Part shown: positions 14,001-26,000 of the stretch, in pieces
Position numbering within the stretch: position 1 is the first letter of the stretch
Layout: each line of letters opens with the position of its first letter
Assembly (NCBI RefSeq): GCF_031769215.1
Contig: NW_026781973.1
Location: 1 to 64,000, forward strand
DNA: 64,000 nt
Direction of reading: 5' to 3'
Source of the DNA: Ylistrum balloti
Taxonomy: Eukaryota
Notes under the pieces: model-generated
Databases searched by the model: none
Told to the model about the DNA's origin: nothing
The model's input: the letters and a program-made list of their open reading frames with translations, nothing else
Program-made: the position numbers and the translations under genes

Positions 14001-17000
14001 TGACCAGCTCAGAGTAAACGATGCCTATGATAAACTCCGTCTGCAGGTGAAACATGAGTTGCATGCCTGTAAGGCATGTTGGGAAGAAGGAATCAGTCGA
14101 CTTGAGAAACTGGAAAAGGTCAAGGTCAGCAAAGAAGGTAAGATATATCTGCTGCCATCAAAGTTTTATTATTGTTTTTTATTCTTCTATTTAAAAGTTG
14201 ATTGATTTCTTTTCCTCCAGGTTATCATTAGAGCATACTTTCAGATAGATAAAGATGGATTTAGGCAAACATGTGCCTCTATATCTATGTCTAACAGGAT
14301 TTAATCTAGACAAAGTTTACAACCAGAATAGGCTAGTGTTCCCCAAGAGGTATGTTTTCCTCTCAGATTATAAACAAATTCCCCATGAAGAAAATACAGT
14401 GTATACTGAAAACATGGGGAAATTTCCTCTCAAAACAGAAAATAAGTACATATTTAAATATCATTTTTCAAATTATGCAATCATGAAAAAGAAAATATCA
14501 GTCTAACCACAATATTGTTTTACTTTCGTTTTTAATCTTCGTGGATGTCATATATTTAACTCTGTTTCTTTTTTAAATTCTGACTAGAAGGACTGCCTGA
14601 AATTTCTCCATTTCTCAAAATTGATTAACAGGAACGTGTTGATATAAATAGAAAAAATTAGTAATTTAATAGCAAGACAATAGATTTAATGGTATGCTTA
14701 TATGAGTTGAATCTTTAAGGGTTTTTCTGAAGCTTTGTTTTTTTTTTATAAAGGACAGCTTTCTAAGCATTTTGATAAAAAGAACCATTTCCACATGTTT
14801 TTGTAATTTTGTAATTACCTTAAAGCAAACCCCTTGAAGACAGATGCTGTTTCAAAAGAGGTCCAGTCAGATGTCCCGCCCATCCCTTTGTTTGAAATGG
14901 GTGATCCCATTATAGAAGATCAGGTATGTAACTTCATCTGTCATGCTATGATTTTGAAACATTTCCTTTTTATTTCAAACATTTACACGGAAATCAGCCA
15001 TGTAGAGTTGGTTTTTTAACAGTTCATATTAGTAGTTATAAATACTTTAAACGACATTGGGGCGACAGAGGAAAAGGTTCTGGCCGCATATTGGTTGTTT
15101 ATATCTGGGAACTCCAGCTTGCCTCCACCATTCAAACCTGGCATATCCTTAACTGACCCTGGTAAATAACAGGAAGTAAAACAGCAATAAACAAACTAAA
15201 CTGAAATCACATATACTGTGTATACATTAATATATAAAACATATGTTGTTTACCAGGGTATTTGTTTTTGCAGGTGTTTGAAGCATATATTACAGAAGAC
15301 CCCGTTGAAAGCTATCAGAACACTTGGGATGAATTCATAACACCAGAAGAAAAGGTAAGCTTTGGCTAGCATAAACTTACACAGGCTCCCTCAAATTTAC
15401 TTAAATTTGAGAAGTCTTCTGCACAAACTCCAGATATGGTCAAATGAAATACTCTTCATGAATGGAAGATCTTTAAGTGTTTTGCCAAAATTGTGAATTT
15501 CATGGCCCCAGGTCTTGCATTTCCCCATGGGGAGGGTGTAAATTTTGCTTTAGTTAATATCGGAAAAATAGATTTTTGAGGATAATCAGTTTTATTTTGA
15601 TTGAAAATATTTCTAACTTAGTCAGAATTATGAGCAAAGGATGACAACTTGATAGTATGCCCATATAGATCCTGGGTGACCCCAAAAGGGCTGATGGGCA
15701 GGACAAAAAAGGTCAAATTTACTTAAATTTCAAAAATCTTCTTCTCAGCACCAAGGTATAGTAGAATCAAATGCTCCGTATGAATGGAAGCATGGAAGGT
15801 GCTTTAATTACCAAAATGGGTCTCACATTTCTTCCTGGGGAGGAAGTTTGTTTTAAATTGCATCTTTGAGCATAACGTTGGTTATTTTCCCCAGGAATGT
15901 ATGTATTGACACTGTCTATATTTAGTGTCACAATTTCTGTTTCATGACCCTTGATAACTAACCTTTAACCTTTATATTCAATATTGCTTATCACAGGTGA
16001 CCGTCAAGGCTGCTAAGACTCTTGTTCATACTTAAATTTTGTCTCAAATGGGGAGAATAACCCATCTCTGATGGGCCTTGGGTTTTTTTGATACCTTAGA
16101 CCATCACAACATGGTATCCAGACCATTAAACATATGTCCTCAAAATCTTGGTTCTTCATATTACAGGCTAAAAAGAAGAAAGAAAAACAAGAAGCTATGA
16201 GACTTCTAATGGAGTTGAAATCCGTCATTTCTGTTCGTGCAACAGAACGGGAAATACGAGAAAACAAAGCATTAGAGAAGTCAAGATTGCAAAGTAATGG
16301 AACAGTGTCTGATGACAATACCTCTTCAGGAGATAGCACTTTACAAGGAAAAGTGGCTAACTATGGGAAGACAACTGTAAAAAGTGCTAAACAGACACCA
16401 GATACTGTGGCTGACAATGCTTGTTTGCAGTGTGACCTTGAGAGACAGTCTTATGATGGTAAAACTAGAAACAGATTATTTAACTGTACAAGTGAAGAAC
16501 TACGTGTACAGATGTTTCGACACTTGAAGGACGAGCATAGCACAGAGGATTCAATAAATTGTAAACAAACTGAATGTGATTATCCTTTGGATACTTTAAA
16601 TGAGGAATCAAATTGTAATCAAGCAGAATATAACAAGTATGTTCAGGATGGATCAGGGGAGCAAAGTGAGGACTCTGAATCAGAGCATTTCTCCTCGAGA
16701 TACAAACAACGGAAAGTCAGACTTCCTGAATACACAGACTCTGAATCGGAGGGAGAAGAATTGGTAAACAGTTGGTGTAGAATTATTCAGTCAGAACGGG
16801 TTCAATCTACTACTGAAAACAAACTTGACACAGGTGACCAGGAAGATTATGTCTCTATTGACAACCCATTGATTAAGGGTCAGGAGACATTAACGGAGAG
16901 AGTGGCGCGTCTCTCTGGGGCAAACATGGCCTTCTCTTCAAATGTGGCTGCCATGGCTGCAGCAAGGTCACGTGACATGGGCTTGTCAGAGGCTACCTTT

Positions 17001-17057
17001 GGAGACGACGACATCAATGATGACAGTGATGAAGTTGATGTTATCGTAAAGGATTGA
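2080..17057 (+). CDS. VEZT: Vezatin, 13 coding exons, ~863 aa
   Basis: Exons 2080-2118, 2207-2311, 3493-3591, 5711-5847, 6297-6590, 6875-7024, 9923-10091, 11003-11075, 13452-13686, 13917-14137, 14826-14923, 15274-15354, 16167-17057. All phases are compatible; total 2592 nt. Motifs matching vezatin as I recall it: DEDVIFEHSPLHQSL, RSLRLVQEAELVARGFTLVS, YPL...NY..VP.KE.G...NITDGFSVASLK, SELFRRL, VHSLDLHL, CWEEGISRL, RLLMELKSV, and C-terminal AAMAAARS...EATFGDD. Hydrophobic TM segments lie in exon 5. Confidence 0.93.
3001..3020 (-). mobile_element. LTR 3' end plus tRNA-Lys primer-binding-site relic
   Basis: The minus strand reads TGTAACA-T-TGGCGCCCAACG. The 12-mer is complementary to the 3' end of tRNA-Lys(CTT). 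No gag/pol ORF nearby. Confidence 0.45.
3617..3792. mobile_element. MITE with CAGGG-type TIRs and 6-bp TSD
   Basis: Left end CAGGGTTTTCCGTAA, right end TTATGGAAAACCTTG. TAGTTC is directly repeated at 3611-3616 and 3793-3798. Confidence 0.7.
4995..5566. mobile_element. Non-autonomous hAT-like deletion derivative with 6-bp TSD
   Basis: TIRs CAGGGGTCAAAATTAACT and AGTTAATTTTGAACCCTG; repeated subterminal CTAGCAA motifs; AAACCT at 4989-4994 and 5567-5572. An internal minus-strand fragment (KTVRKWEKELNISLGY) resembles a transposase N-terminus. Confidence 0.7.
7174..9606. repeat. ~2.4 kb tandem array of 54-63 bp units in VEZT intron 6
   Basis: Core unit GTAGATATAGGACTTTGGTCTGTACTGTAAAGAATACATATGTTGGGGTAACTT (54 bp), with modular 6-9 bp indel variants; roughly 42 copies. 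Confidence 0.97.
11420..13205 (+). mobile_element. Helentron/HINE-like non-autonomous element, interrupted by unrelated sequence (~12110-13070)
   Basis: T-rich start with CTCCCC..GAGAG.CATGTAGTTGCC and a TCCG-like microsatellite remnant. Repeated GAGTTATTGCCCTTTG cores at ~11619, 11768, 11869 and 13117. 3' end GGAGCATTCATCAGTTTCACTG. The pattern matches bivalve Helitron-N/pearl-like repeats as I recall them. Confidence 0.55.
15365..15940. mobile_element. Helentron/HINE-type core-repeat fragment
   Basis: Duplicated blocks (CAAATTTACTTAAATTT..AA.TCTTCT; CCAAAATTGTGAATTTCATG) typical of bivalve Helitron-associated cores. Ends unclear. Confidence 0.4.
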
Positions 17058-20024
17058 GCATATTAATTTATTGTGTCAAAATAAGTGTTCATACCTGGTT
17101 CATGTTTTTATAAACTCTGTATTTTTATTGGGAAGAAATTGAGTTTAATAGACAAAAACCCATTCAATCTTAATTCAATAAGCACAAATTTTAAATGTTT
17201 TATGGATGAATATGGTTGAATTATGAATATGATCGTGATGGAAAAACTAATTCCTAATTCCACCAAATAGTAGCTGTCATGATCAGGAAGGGACTCTTTT
17301 GAAATGAAGGCCATTTAAAGCATGTTGTTAAGGGAACTCCTTAAACAATTGAGCATGGCGGCAAGTATTAAACTGCTGGTTGGTGCTTTTCAATGATCTC
17401 ATATGATCATATTTCTTCATATGTTTTTAGTGGTCTCGATCTTTTGGTTCAGTGAATTGTTCTGTAAATTGTATACTTTTTAGCAAGGCTTTAAAAAGTT
17501 ACTGATTGGTAGGTTAAGGTTTTAATTGATAGATGCTTGATGGATAGAGACTTTCAACATGTGTGCATTAAATGCTGGCGGTAGACACAAGTTCATATAT
17601 TTAAGACAGGGGAAACAAATATATAATTCTAAACATACACATCTAATCATGATAAAACATGTAAGTAGTTTTGTAATTTATTAATAAATTTATGTCTCAA
17701 GTATTCATTACAGTTTATAGCAGTATTAAAAGATTTGTACATTTGATAAATGAAGTACTAGTCATTAAAACTTTAAATCAAATTTATTTTAAAATGTGTT
17801 TATTTGACATTTACTGCTATGGACAGTTAAAGAATAAAGACGAAACCTATCTCAGTTGAATTCTTTGCATTGTTGTCTCCGATTCTTATATGTGACACCT
17901 TCGGGCCAGGTAAGTAAAAAATGATGGAGCTACTTTCTGATTTTAATGAAAAATGCACTTTGGCTTATTAAACATTTAGCACACTTTTACAAGTTCCATG
18001 CATGTAGTGAAAGACACATTTGCCATCAGAGAAAATGTTAGTTTGATATGTAACACTCACTTATATATTCCAATGACCGGAGCTCATTTTTTTAATATAA
18101 CATTCTGCTCTAAAGGTAAATTTCCCCCTATTTAGGGAATCTGTTATTGTAGCAACACATTTCAAGATTTCAAGTGGTTTAAAAACATGTTTCAATAGAG
18201 AAATACACATTTTGACCACATCCTAACTTGATGTTTCATGAAAATGATGATGTTGCAATGATAAGTACATCACTTAAACCACTATTTATATCATTCATAT
18301 CTATTATTCGGAAAAAAAGTAGACTGGACAAGAAATGTCCTGCTTCACTGTTGGACATGAAATGTTCCAGGGGTGCAGAGAGTGATAATGAACATAATCC
18401 CTGGAGTAACAAGGAGGCTGTTGGAAGACACATTAAAAATACATTCACTGAAGTGAACTAAAGAGGCCACTAACGGTAACAACACTTTAAGTATTCTGTT
18501 ACCTTTAACTGATTTTATGTAATAAATAACATTGATGGAGGTAGAGCTGTCATAAAAGTTTCAAAAAAGATCGTTGGTAATTTGAACAAAGATGAATTTA
18601 AACCTATTGTCTGAGACAATGTTTGTGAGAGGAAATCACGGCCATTATAGACCTCAACCTCAACATATTGAACAGTTTTCAACTTATCTAATGAACTGCA
18701 GATATAAAGTTATCCTTCCAGCTGTTACTGCTTGATATCAGGACTGATGTATACAACACAACAAATCTTCATTAGTTAATATAATTTATTATCTTACATT
18801 CACAATGTACAATAACATTACTTTGGACATGTAAAATGTAGATATGAAGGAATACATAAAATATATAAGTAGAAATACAGATCTCGAAAGAACTTTGGAA
18901 ATGTAATGATAAGTGAAACTTCAATTTCAACACAGAAATTTCCCAAATTCTGGCAGCTAAACATTATTTCAAAAAGATTGCAATTAAAAATGCTGTTCTG
19001 GATTAAAAGTTGGTGTAGAATTTTGCAAAATACTTTAATATAAAAAAGACTATTCGTGTTTTGATGTGCAGATATTAAGTCTGACTTTTATCTACAGTAG
19101 GATTCAAGAAACCATAATTGATAACATCCTACACTAAAATATTAAATACTGATAACAAAAATATACATGATCCAATACTTCATTATGTGACCGGAGAAAT
19201 GAAAACTGATAGAACAAGGTTGATCACTTTTCTTGGCCTACACCAGTGGTTATTGTGCCAAAGTCCCCAAACAAAAATTATCGTTAGCCCTGACAACAAT
19301 TCTTGTGTGTTATATTATGGAATAAAGTGAGCAAGAAGAGAACTGAATGACTCGCCGAATAAATACATGTGTACTTATCATGATTCTTACATCCAACTAC
19401 TGGTACTTTATGCAATCCAGTACCTCAAGTGAACATGTTATTACCGTGAGGTTAAACAGAAATGATGTGTAATACATGTTGTGACTGATAAATAGGGAGT
19501 ATTATATCCAATATATAAAGCCAATAGTTTTGGCAACATAAAGCACTTATAACTCCAGATTCTGCGCCCCCCCCCCCCCCCCCTTTTTTTTTTGAAGGCC
19601 AGGTGTTAAAAGTTATTTACTGTTCCATAGTAGAGAACATTTTTCAATTGTTAAACTTGTAATGCTTCTTTCTAAACATTCAAAAATATTAAAATTGAAA
19701 CAGACGCCTGTACTACATGTTTGTCATGTGTGACAGAGGATTTATCACCACACCCAGCAGGAGCTAACATCTCGTACACACACCATCAGGCTTTTGATAT
19801 CAATTGTTAAATTTAATTCAAGATTTCTAATCGGATAACTCGTGTCTAAGAAGGTAAAAACTAGTAAAATTTACCCGATGATTTTCTAAAATCATAGAAA
19901 AAGTACAAAGAAGTTTAGAAAAGGCTTGTTATAAAAATAGTCCTATTGAGTATGCACCTTACATGACACCAAAATTTGACAAGTTACTATCACAGATACA
20001 AAGGCCTAGAACAGAGGAAACACA

Positions 20025-23000
20025 TCAGCTTGACTTTTCTGTGTCGGCTTTTTCAATACTGTCTGAATCATCATAATCATCTTCATAATCATCGATATCC
20101 TCTCCCATAGTAGCTGTAACATTGTCCTTAAAGTTTCTATCCAACTCCTTAGTTGTATGAGGCCCCTCAGACAGGTCCTCTACACCAGGCAAGGAACCCT
20201 TAAATGTACTGTGGGCAATCTCCTGAAGCTCCTCCAGTTGATGTTGCTGGTTGTTATCAACAATGTCCAGACGCTGTTTGAGTAAACGCAAGTCTTCCTG
20301 GTGTTTCCTCTCCTGAAATAACAGTACATTTATTTAAACATGCCTTCAGGTTGTATTTCAGCATCATTCATGTTTATATAGAACTAATTTTTTTTTACCT
20401 CACCTTCAACTTTAATTTACCAGATTTATTTATACCAGGCATGGTGCTCTCATGAAGTCTTTGGATCAGTGGTTGACTGTACTTACTACTAGGAAACTAA
20501 TTCAAATTTTTACTTTTATGGTTAAAAAGAAAGTCTAAGAATACTTCAAATAGCAAATGATATTATTTCATGTGATTTAAACACACAAGGAAGTAAACCT
20601 TTCAATGACTTTTTCTATACGATGACAACATAGCAACAGAGTTCAGATATAAAGAAATATAAAGGTGATTTCTACAAAACCTCTGATAGACTGTTGATAG
20701 CTATAAGTACTTGTGCCCTCCTTTCAATCTTTCATAAGCAACTAGTACAAAATCTACAAATACTTTATAAATTTGCTGTATATATATATAACAGTACAAT
20801 GTATCTTCAAAATAACCAATTTCAATTGCCAGCAGTCAGCAATTAAAGCTATCAATAGTACCAAATGATCATTTTCTGTAGAACTAGTGCCTGTTAAATA
20901 TCAGGGATACTCTACATTGGATAAAGAATGTTAATCTTTGATTGATAATTAGAAATAATTGTATGATATAGTGCTCTGTATAATCAAGTATATATCAATA
21001 GCTAGGAACAAATGTTTACAACACAGACATGTGTGGACATGCAGGAACGTCAATAAGGACAACACACCACTGGTTTCTCTGTAAGTTGACAGGTATGGGT
21101 TTTCGCCTAACAGGACCCCAGTGATCTTATCCTATCAATGCATGCAATTAACAACATCAGCACTGACCAGTCTTATTCTGTCATCTTTCATTATTGTACT
21201 CTTGTCATAATCCTTACACCTTGTTTTTTTTTTTTTTTTTTTAGTAAAATTTTCATGAATTCCATGTTCCTTACGAAGAATTTCTTTCCTTGGGTACAGA
21301 ATGACATTCCAAATCTAACCAGTCAATATTGATTACATAACCAGTAAACATTCAATGTATGCCTGTGTATTGAGAAATTTCACAATTGTTACACCTGTAT
21401 GGCTTTTCTTTTCCTTGTTTGACAGTAAATGGGTATAGGGCAAGGGACAGGCCTGAAGGGTGTTAATTGCATCTATAATAAAACACAGCTAGTTACCAGC
21501 AACTTGATTAAAGAACAGGAAAAAAATGAAAGAAAAGTAGAATTAACATTAAAGACAAATGAGACAAAAATGTTGTGCAACTACTCAGTATGGTAAAAAC
21601 TTGGTGAAAAACAATTATCTGTGCAAAACTGTACATTAAACTTTGTATGAAAATTAATAATTAATAAAGGGGTCCAATGGGCCTGCATTGTTCACCTGCT
21701 ATTCAATGTTCATCAACAATAGAATCAGTGTTAATATCACATATATATTGATATGTATACTTTCGGCATTCAGAGTGGGCACATCCAATCATTTTAACCA
21801 ATTTTCACAACAAACCACTTCCAATAATCAACTCTAAACAGTGACAGTTATAAACTGGATTATGGAAAAATGCTATTTCTTTTTCACCATGAAATTTGTT
21901 GGGCTTTGACCTAGAAACACTATTCAACAAAATATCTTGGTTCTTGGGCTTTTCTATTACCAGATGAAGTCTTTCATAGGTTTCAACAAATTTGATTGTG
22001 TGACTTTCAATATGGGTCAAGGTAATTTCTTTTCATGAATAGTGTCAGGTATCATCTTTGGAACCTAACAGACAAATATCATGCTTCTGCCTCTTTTGTT
22101 TAGTCAGAAGAAGTTGTTAGTGAGAAGTTGTTTAAATGTTTTAACATATCTGACCCCTGTGATCTTGAATAAGGTTCAAGGTCATTTTTTGGGTAAACTG
22201 TGTCAAGCATTATCCTAGGAATATACCAGCCAAATATCATGCATCTAGGCCTTTTAGCTCAAGAGAAGAAGCCGTTTGATGGTTTTAAGATATTTGACCA
22301 CTGTGACATTGTACAATGGTCAAGGTCATTTCTATGGAAAACTGTGTTGGGCTTTATCCTAGGAACATGCCAACCAAATATCATGCATCTAGGCCTTTTA
22401 GTTCATGAGAAGAATTTGTTTCAATATTTTAAGAAATTTGACCCCTGTGACCTTAAATATAACTCGAGTCATTTCTTTTTGTAAACTTTGTAGGGCTTCA
22501 TCCTAGGAACATACCAGCCAAATATCAAAACATTTGTTCCAATGATTATTTAGAAGAAGTTGTTAAATGGAAAAAGTTGATGACAGACGACAGAGGCTGC
22601 ACCAGGGCATAAGCTCACTTGGCCCTTCAAGCCAGGTGAGCTAATAAACAAAAGTGAAACACATTGTGGTAGTATGCAATTGCAAAATGAGCATAAATAT
22701 TTGCTATCTCATTTTAAAAAAAAGTGTGAAAATCCTAAATAATACATAGAGAAGCAATATACAATAAAAACAGAAGGGTCTCTGAAGTATAATACAGTTT
22801 AGACAACCAGGTATGATAATAAGGAAAGCAAGAAGGTTGATAACAAAAGCGGTAACTGTAACACGCTGCATTGTAGTTACAGGGGATGTTCAATGTACAG
22901 AAAGGCTTGCTATGATAACAGGATTAAGATGCAAGAATGTAGATGAATGTAGGCTTGTGAAATTCCTCAATGCCAGGACAGCTTATATACAACAGAGATG

Positions 23001-26000
23001 AACAGCGATGCTGTTTGGCATCCTACCTCAAGCCAGTACTATCTACTGAGTTTTGGGCTGGAAATCAAAGAGGTGAGGTGAAGGATTAGAGCATCGTCAT
23101 CAACAAACAGTCAAGGGTGCCAAATCATGATGTGTGTTCAAAACTATTCAATCTATTACAGAAAATATGTAAATTAAATTAGTTACCCATTCACTTAACT
23201 ATCAATTTAATCCAAGTGCATAATCTATGATATTTGTTGTATACAATAAATACAAAAATTCAGAATTATACCTAAAGATGTCTATTATAATTATAGTCTT
23301 CATTTCTTTTTCTAAAAGTTACACCATATTTTTCTGGTGTCAGTTCTGTTCTGCTTCTTTCACACGTAAAATTGATAAATTATTAAATTTGGCAACCTCT
23401 CCGACACAGAAAATACAATATTACAGTACTGGTACATTCAGGTAGGACATGTAAAAATGAAACGGTAATTACACTACATGATGACTAAAAAATAACAGCT
23501 GTATAGAGTGTACCAAGATAAATGCCAGATCTCTGACAGATTTACAATTAACAGAAGATGTGGGCAACTAGATGGTACACCAGTGGTTAATGGTTTATAC
23601 ATAACTTTTTGTGATAAAAAGAATGTAAAAGAAAAATATAAAACGTCAAAAAATGTCAAAATGAATGTAAAATAAATATATTGATTATTGATACAAAGAA
23701 ATGACATAAATACAATGGATGGCTATCATCAAGTTGTGATTGAACTATGTTACTGTCAGGGATTTAGAACAGTATAGAAGAGTACAGTCACAGCAGACTA
23801 TGCTGTACTATGTTGCGAACTTTTTGAGTTATCAAGATAAAGCTGCCTACCTGCTCTGTGAAGCTGACATTAGGTATGAGGGTAGCATCCATTGCCAGGT
23901 TCACAGATCCAAATGACATGTCTCCGATGGCCACCTGCTGTAAACCCCCTGTTGAGAGTAGGAAGCGGCGAAATTCTCCGTGACGTCTCTGGAGGTCTTT
24001 CCACTGCTTCTTCAGTTTATTGTAGGTATCCTGAGGCACACAGGACCTACAAACAGAGACACTGACACTAGATCTTTAGAGCAAAATTAGATACTCACAT
24101 GCGGTCAACCTCAGTCTTATTAAAATGCAGATTTTTTATTCCTAATCTATTTCATAAAGGATCTGACAACATCATGTTCTGTGACTTTTCCATGATCTAT
24201 TTACTTTTCATTTACTTTCAAGATTCTGTTAATGGTAATTTGATTGGCTAATGCAAAAGGTCACAGAGCATGACCTCTTATGGGATGTTGTCAGATCCTT
24301 TGTAAGCAGAAAGTAATGGAGTGAGAAATAGGATCTGTATTTTAATCTAATTGGGTCAACTTCAGCACTCTAGGAATGCCAATCTCTGCATACTTTAAAC
24401 ATCAAGTCCATGTATTTCACAGTGTTCTGAAACCAAATACAAACTCACAGTAATTTGGTATGTGTAGCAGATAAAAATGAAACCCAACACGATTACCATG
24501 ATCATCTTTACTTGACCAGGTCAAGATTGCCATACCTGTCAAGGAAATCTACTTCACCTACAGAGACACATACCCTCTCCTTGTACCACCCTCTACTACA
24601 TAAGAATCGTTTGAACTCAAAATATAATTATGAAATAGCTATGTTCAATGGATCAGTTCATGATATTTTCCCCCTAAAACAACCAACTGATCATATAAAA
24701 TGCCAAACAACATGCAACGACTACTGTTTATAAAGTATGGTTCAGCTTAGCTTGAACATGGTATGAATGTAAGTCAGCTACTAAACAGCTACGCCATTGA
24801 CTGAAACAGTATACTTACTCTAAAGCTTTTTTTTCCAACTGCAGCTCCTCATTTTTAGCCTCCATCAGTTGAAGACGGTCTCGAGTATTCTCCACTACAT
24901 GTTGACTGCGTTTCTTATACTGTCAATAAATTTCAAAGGACTATAATCAATAGGTTATTTAAATCATAGATATAATTATATAATATCGGTATCGGTGAGA
25001 CAAATTACAGAAAATTTACCACAACTTCATAAATGAAGATCTAGCATTGCATCGCTCCTCCAATGTGACAAGCACTTTCAGGTTTCAACCTTTAAACTTC
25101 ATTCAAAGTTTGGTTTAACCCAGCTAAGCTTATTAAGCTACATGTGTAACAGCACTGTTGTGAGCAGATGCAGAAAACATTTCTGTTCACACAGTCTCTA
25201 GTTTTACCATTACAACCTCCCTATAAAGCTAGATTAAAGAAAAAACTACTGTATAAGGTTTTATTACTCTGTATTCAACTTATTTTTGCCCTGTTGATGA
25301 AAAAAAAGAACTGTGCCAGGGCATTTAGCAGACCACAGACAGTATGGACTCCCAACCAGGAGTTTTGACTCTTGGCTTTGAAGGGACATTTCTGTTTCCT
25401 ACCTGCTCATTAATAGATTTTAATTTCCAGATATCTTAATGCTGATGACCAATACATGTACATTAAGATCAGCTAGCAAGCTATTCTGGACGTGTGTACT
25501 GAAAGTTAACTATCGTAATTATTAAACCTACTACTTGATGAAATAGAGATGAAAAACAAGGTAATATTAAGAGATAACTGCATTTTGTAACAATGAAAAT
25601 TAGCATAAATCATTATTTATATTGAAGCAGAGATATGTAATTTTTCTTACCATTTCAAATTTGTAATTCAGGACTCTCGATCTGCCAGATTTGGGGCCGA
25701 TTCCCAATGCAAAATACTATCTTTTTTTCCCAATTTAGACCCCAAGGTTTCCCAATTATAAGGAAAACACCATTATTTTTCCCAATTCAAAGGGCCCCGG
25801 GCCCCAGTCCCAAAATGGGGTGTGAGAGCCCTGTAATTAGACTTTTGAAGTTGAAAAATGTCAAATGTTAAATGAAAACCTCAATCAATAGCATAAAAGT
25901 AAAAAAATAAATATAAATCCTACCTTTTTGTAAACACTACAAGCCTTTTGATATTTCTTTTGAGCTATGCCCAGTTTGTTTTCCAGTTCATGTACCCGTA

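Noticed and set aside
16013-16339. 108-aa minus-strand ORF
   Set aside because: Antisense shadow of the last VEZT exon.
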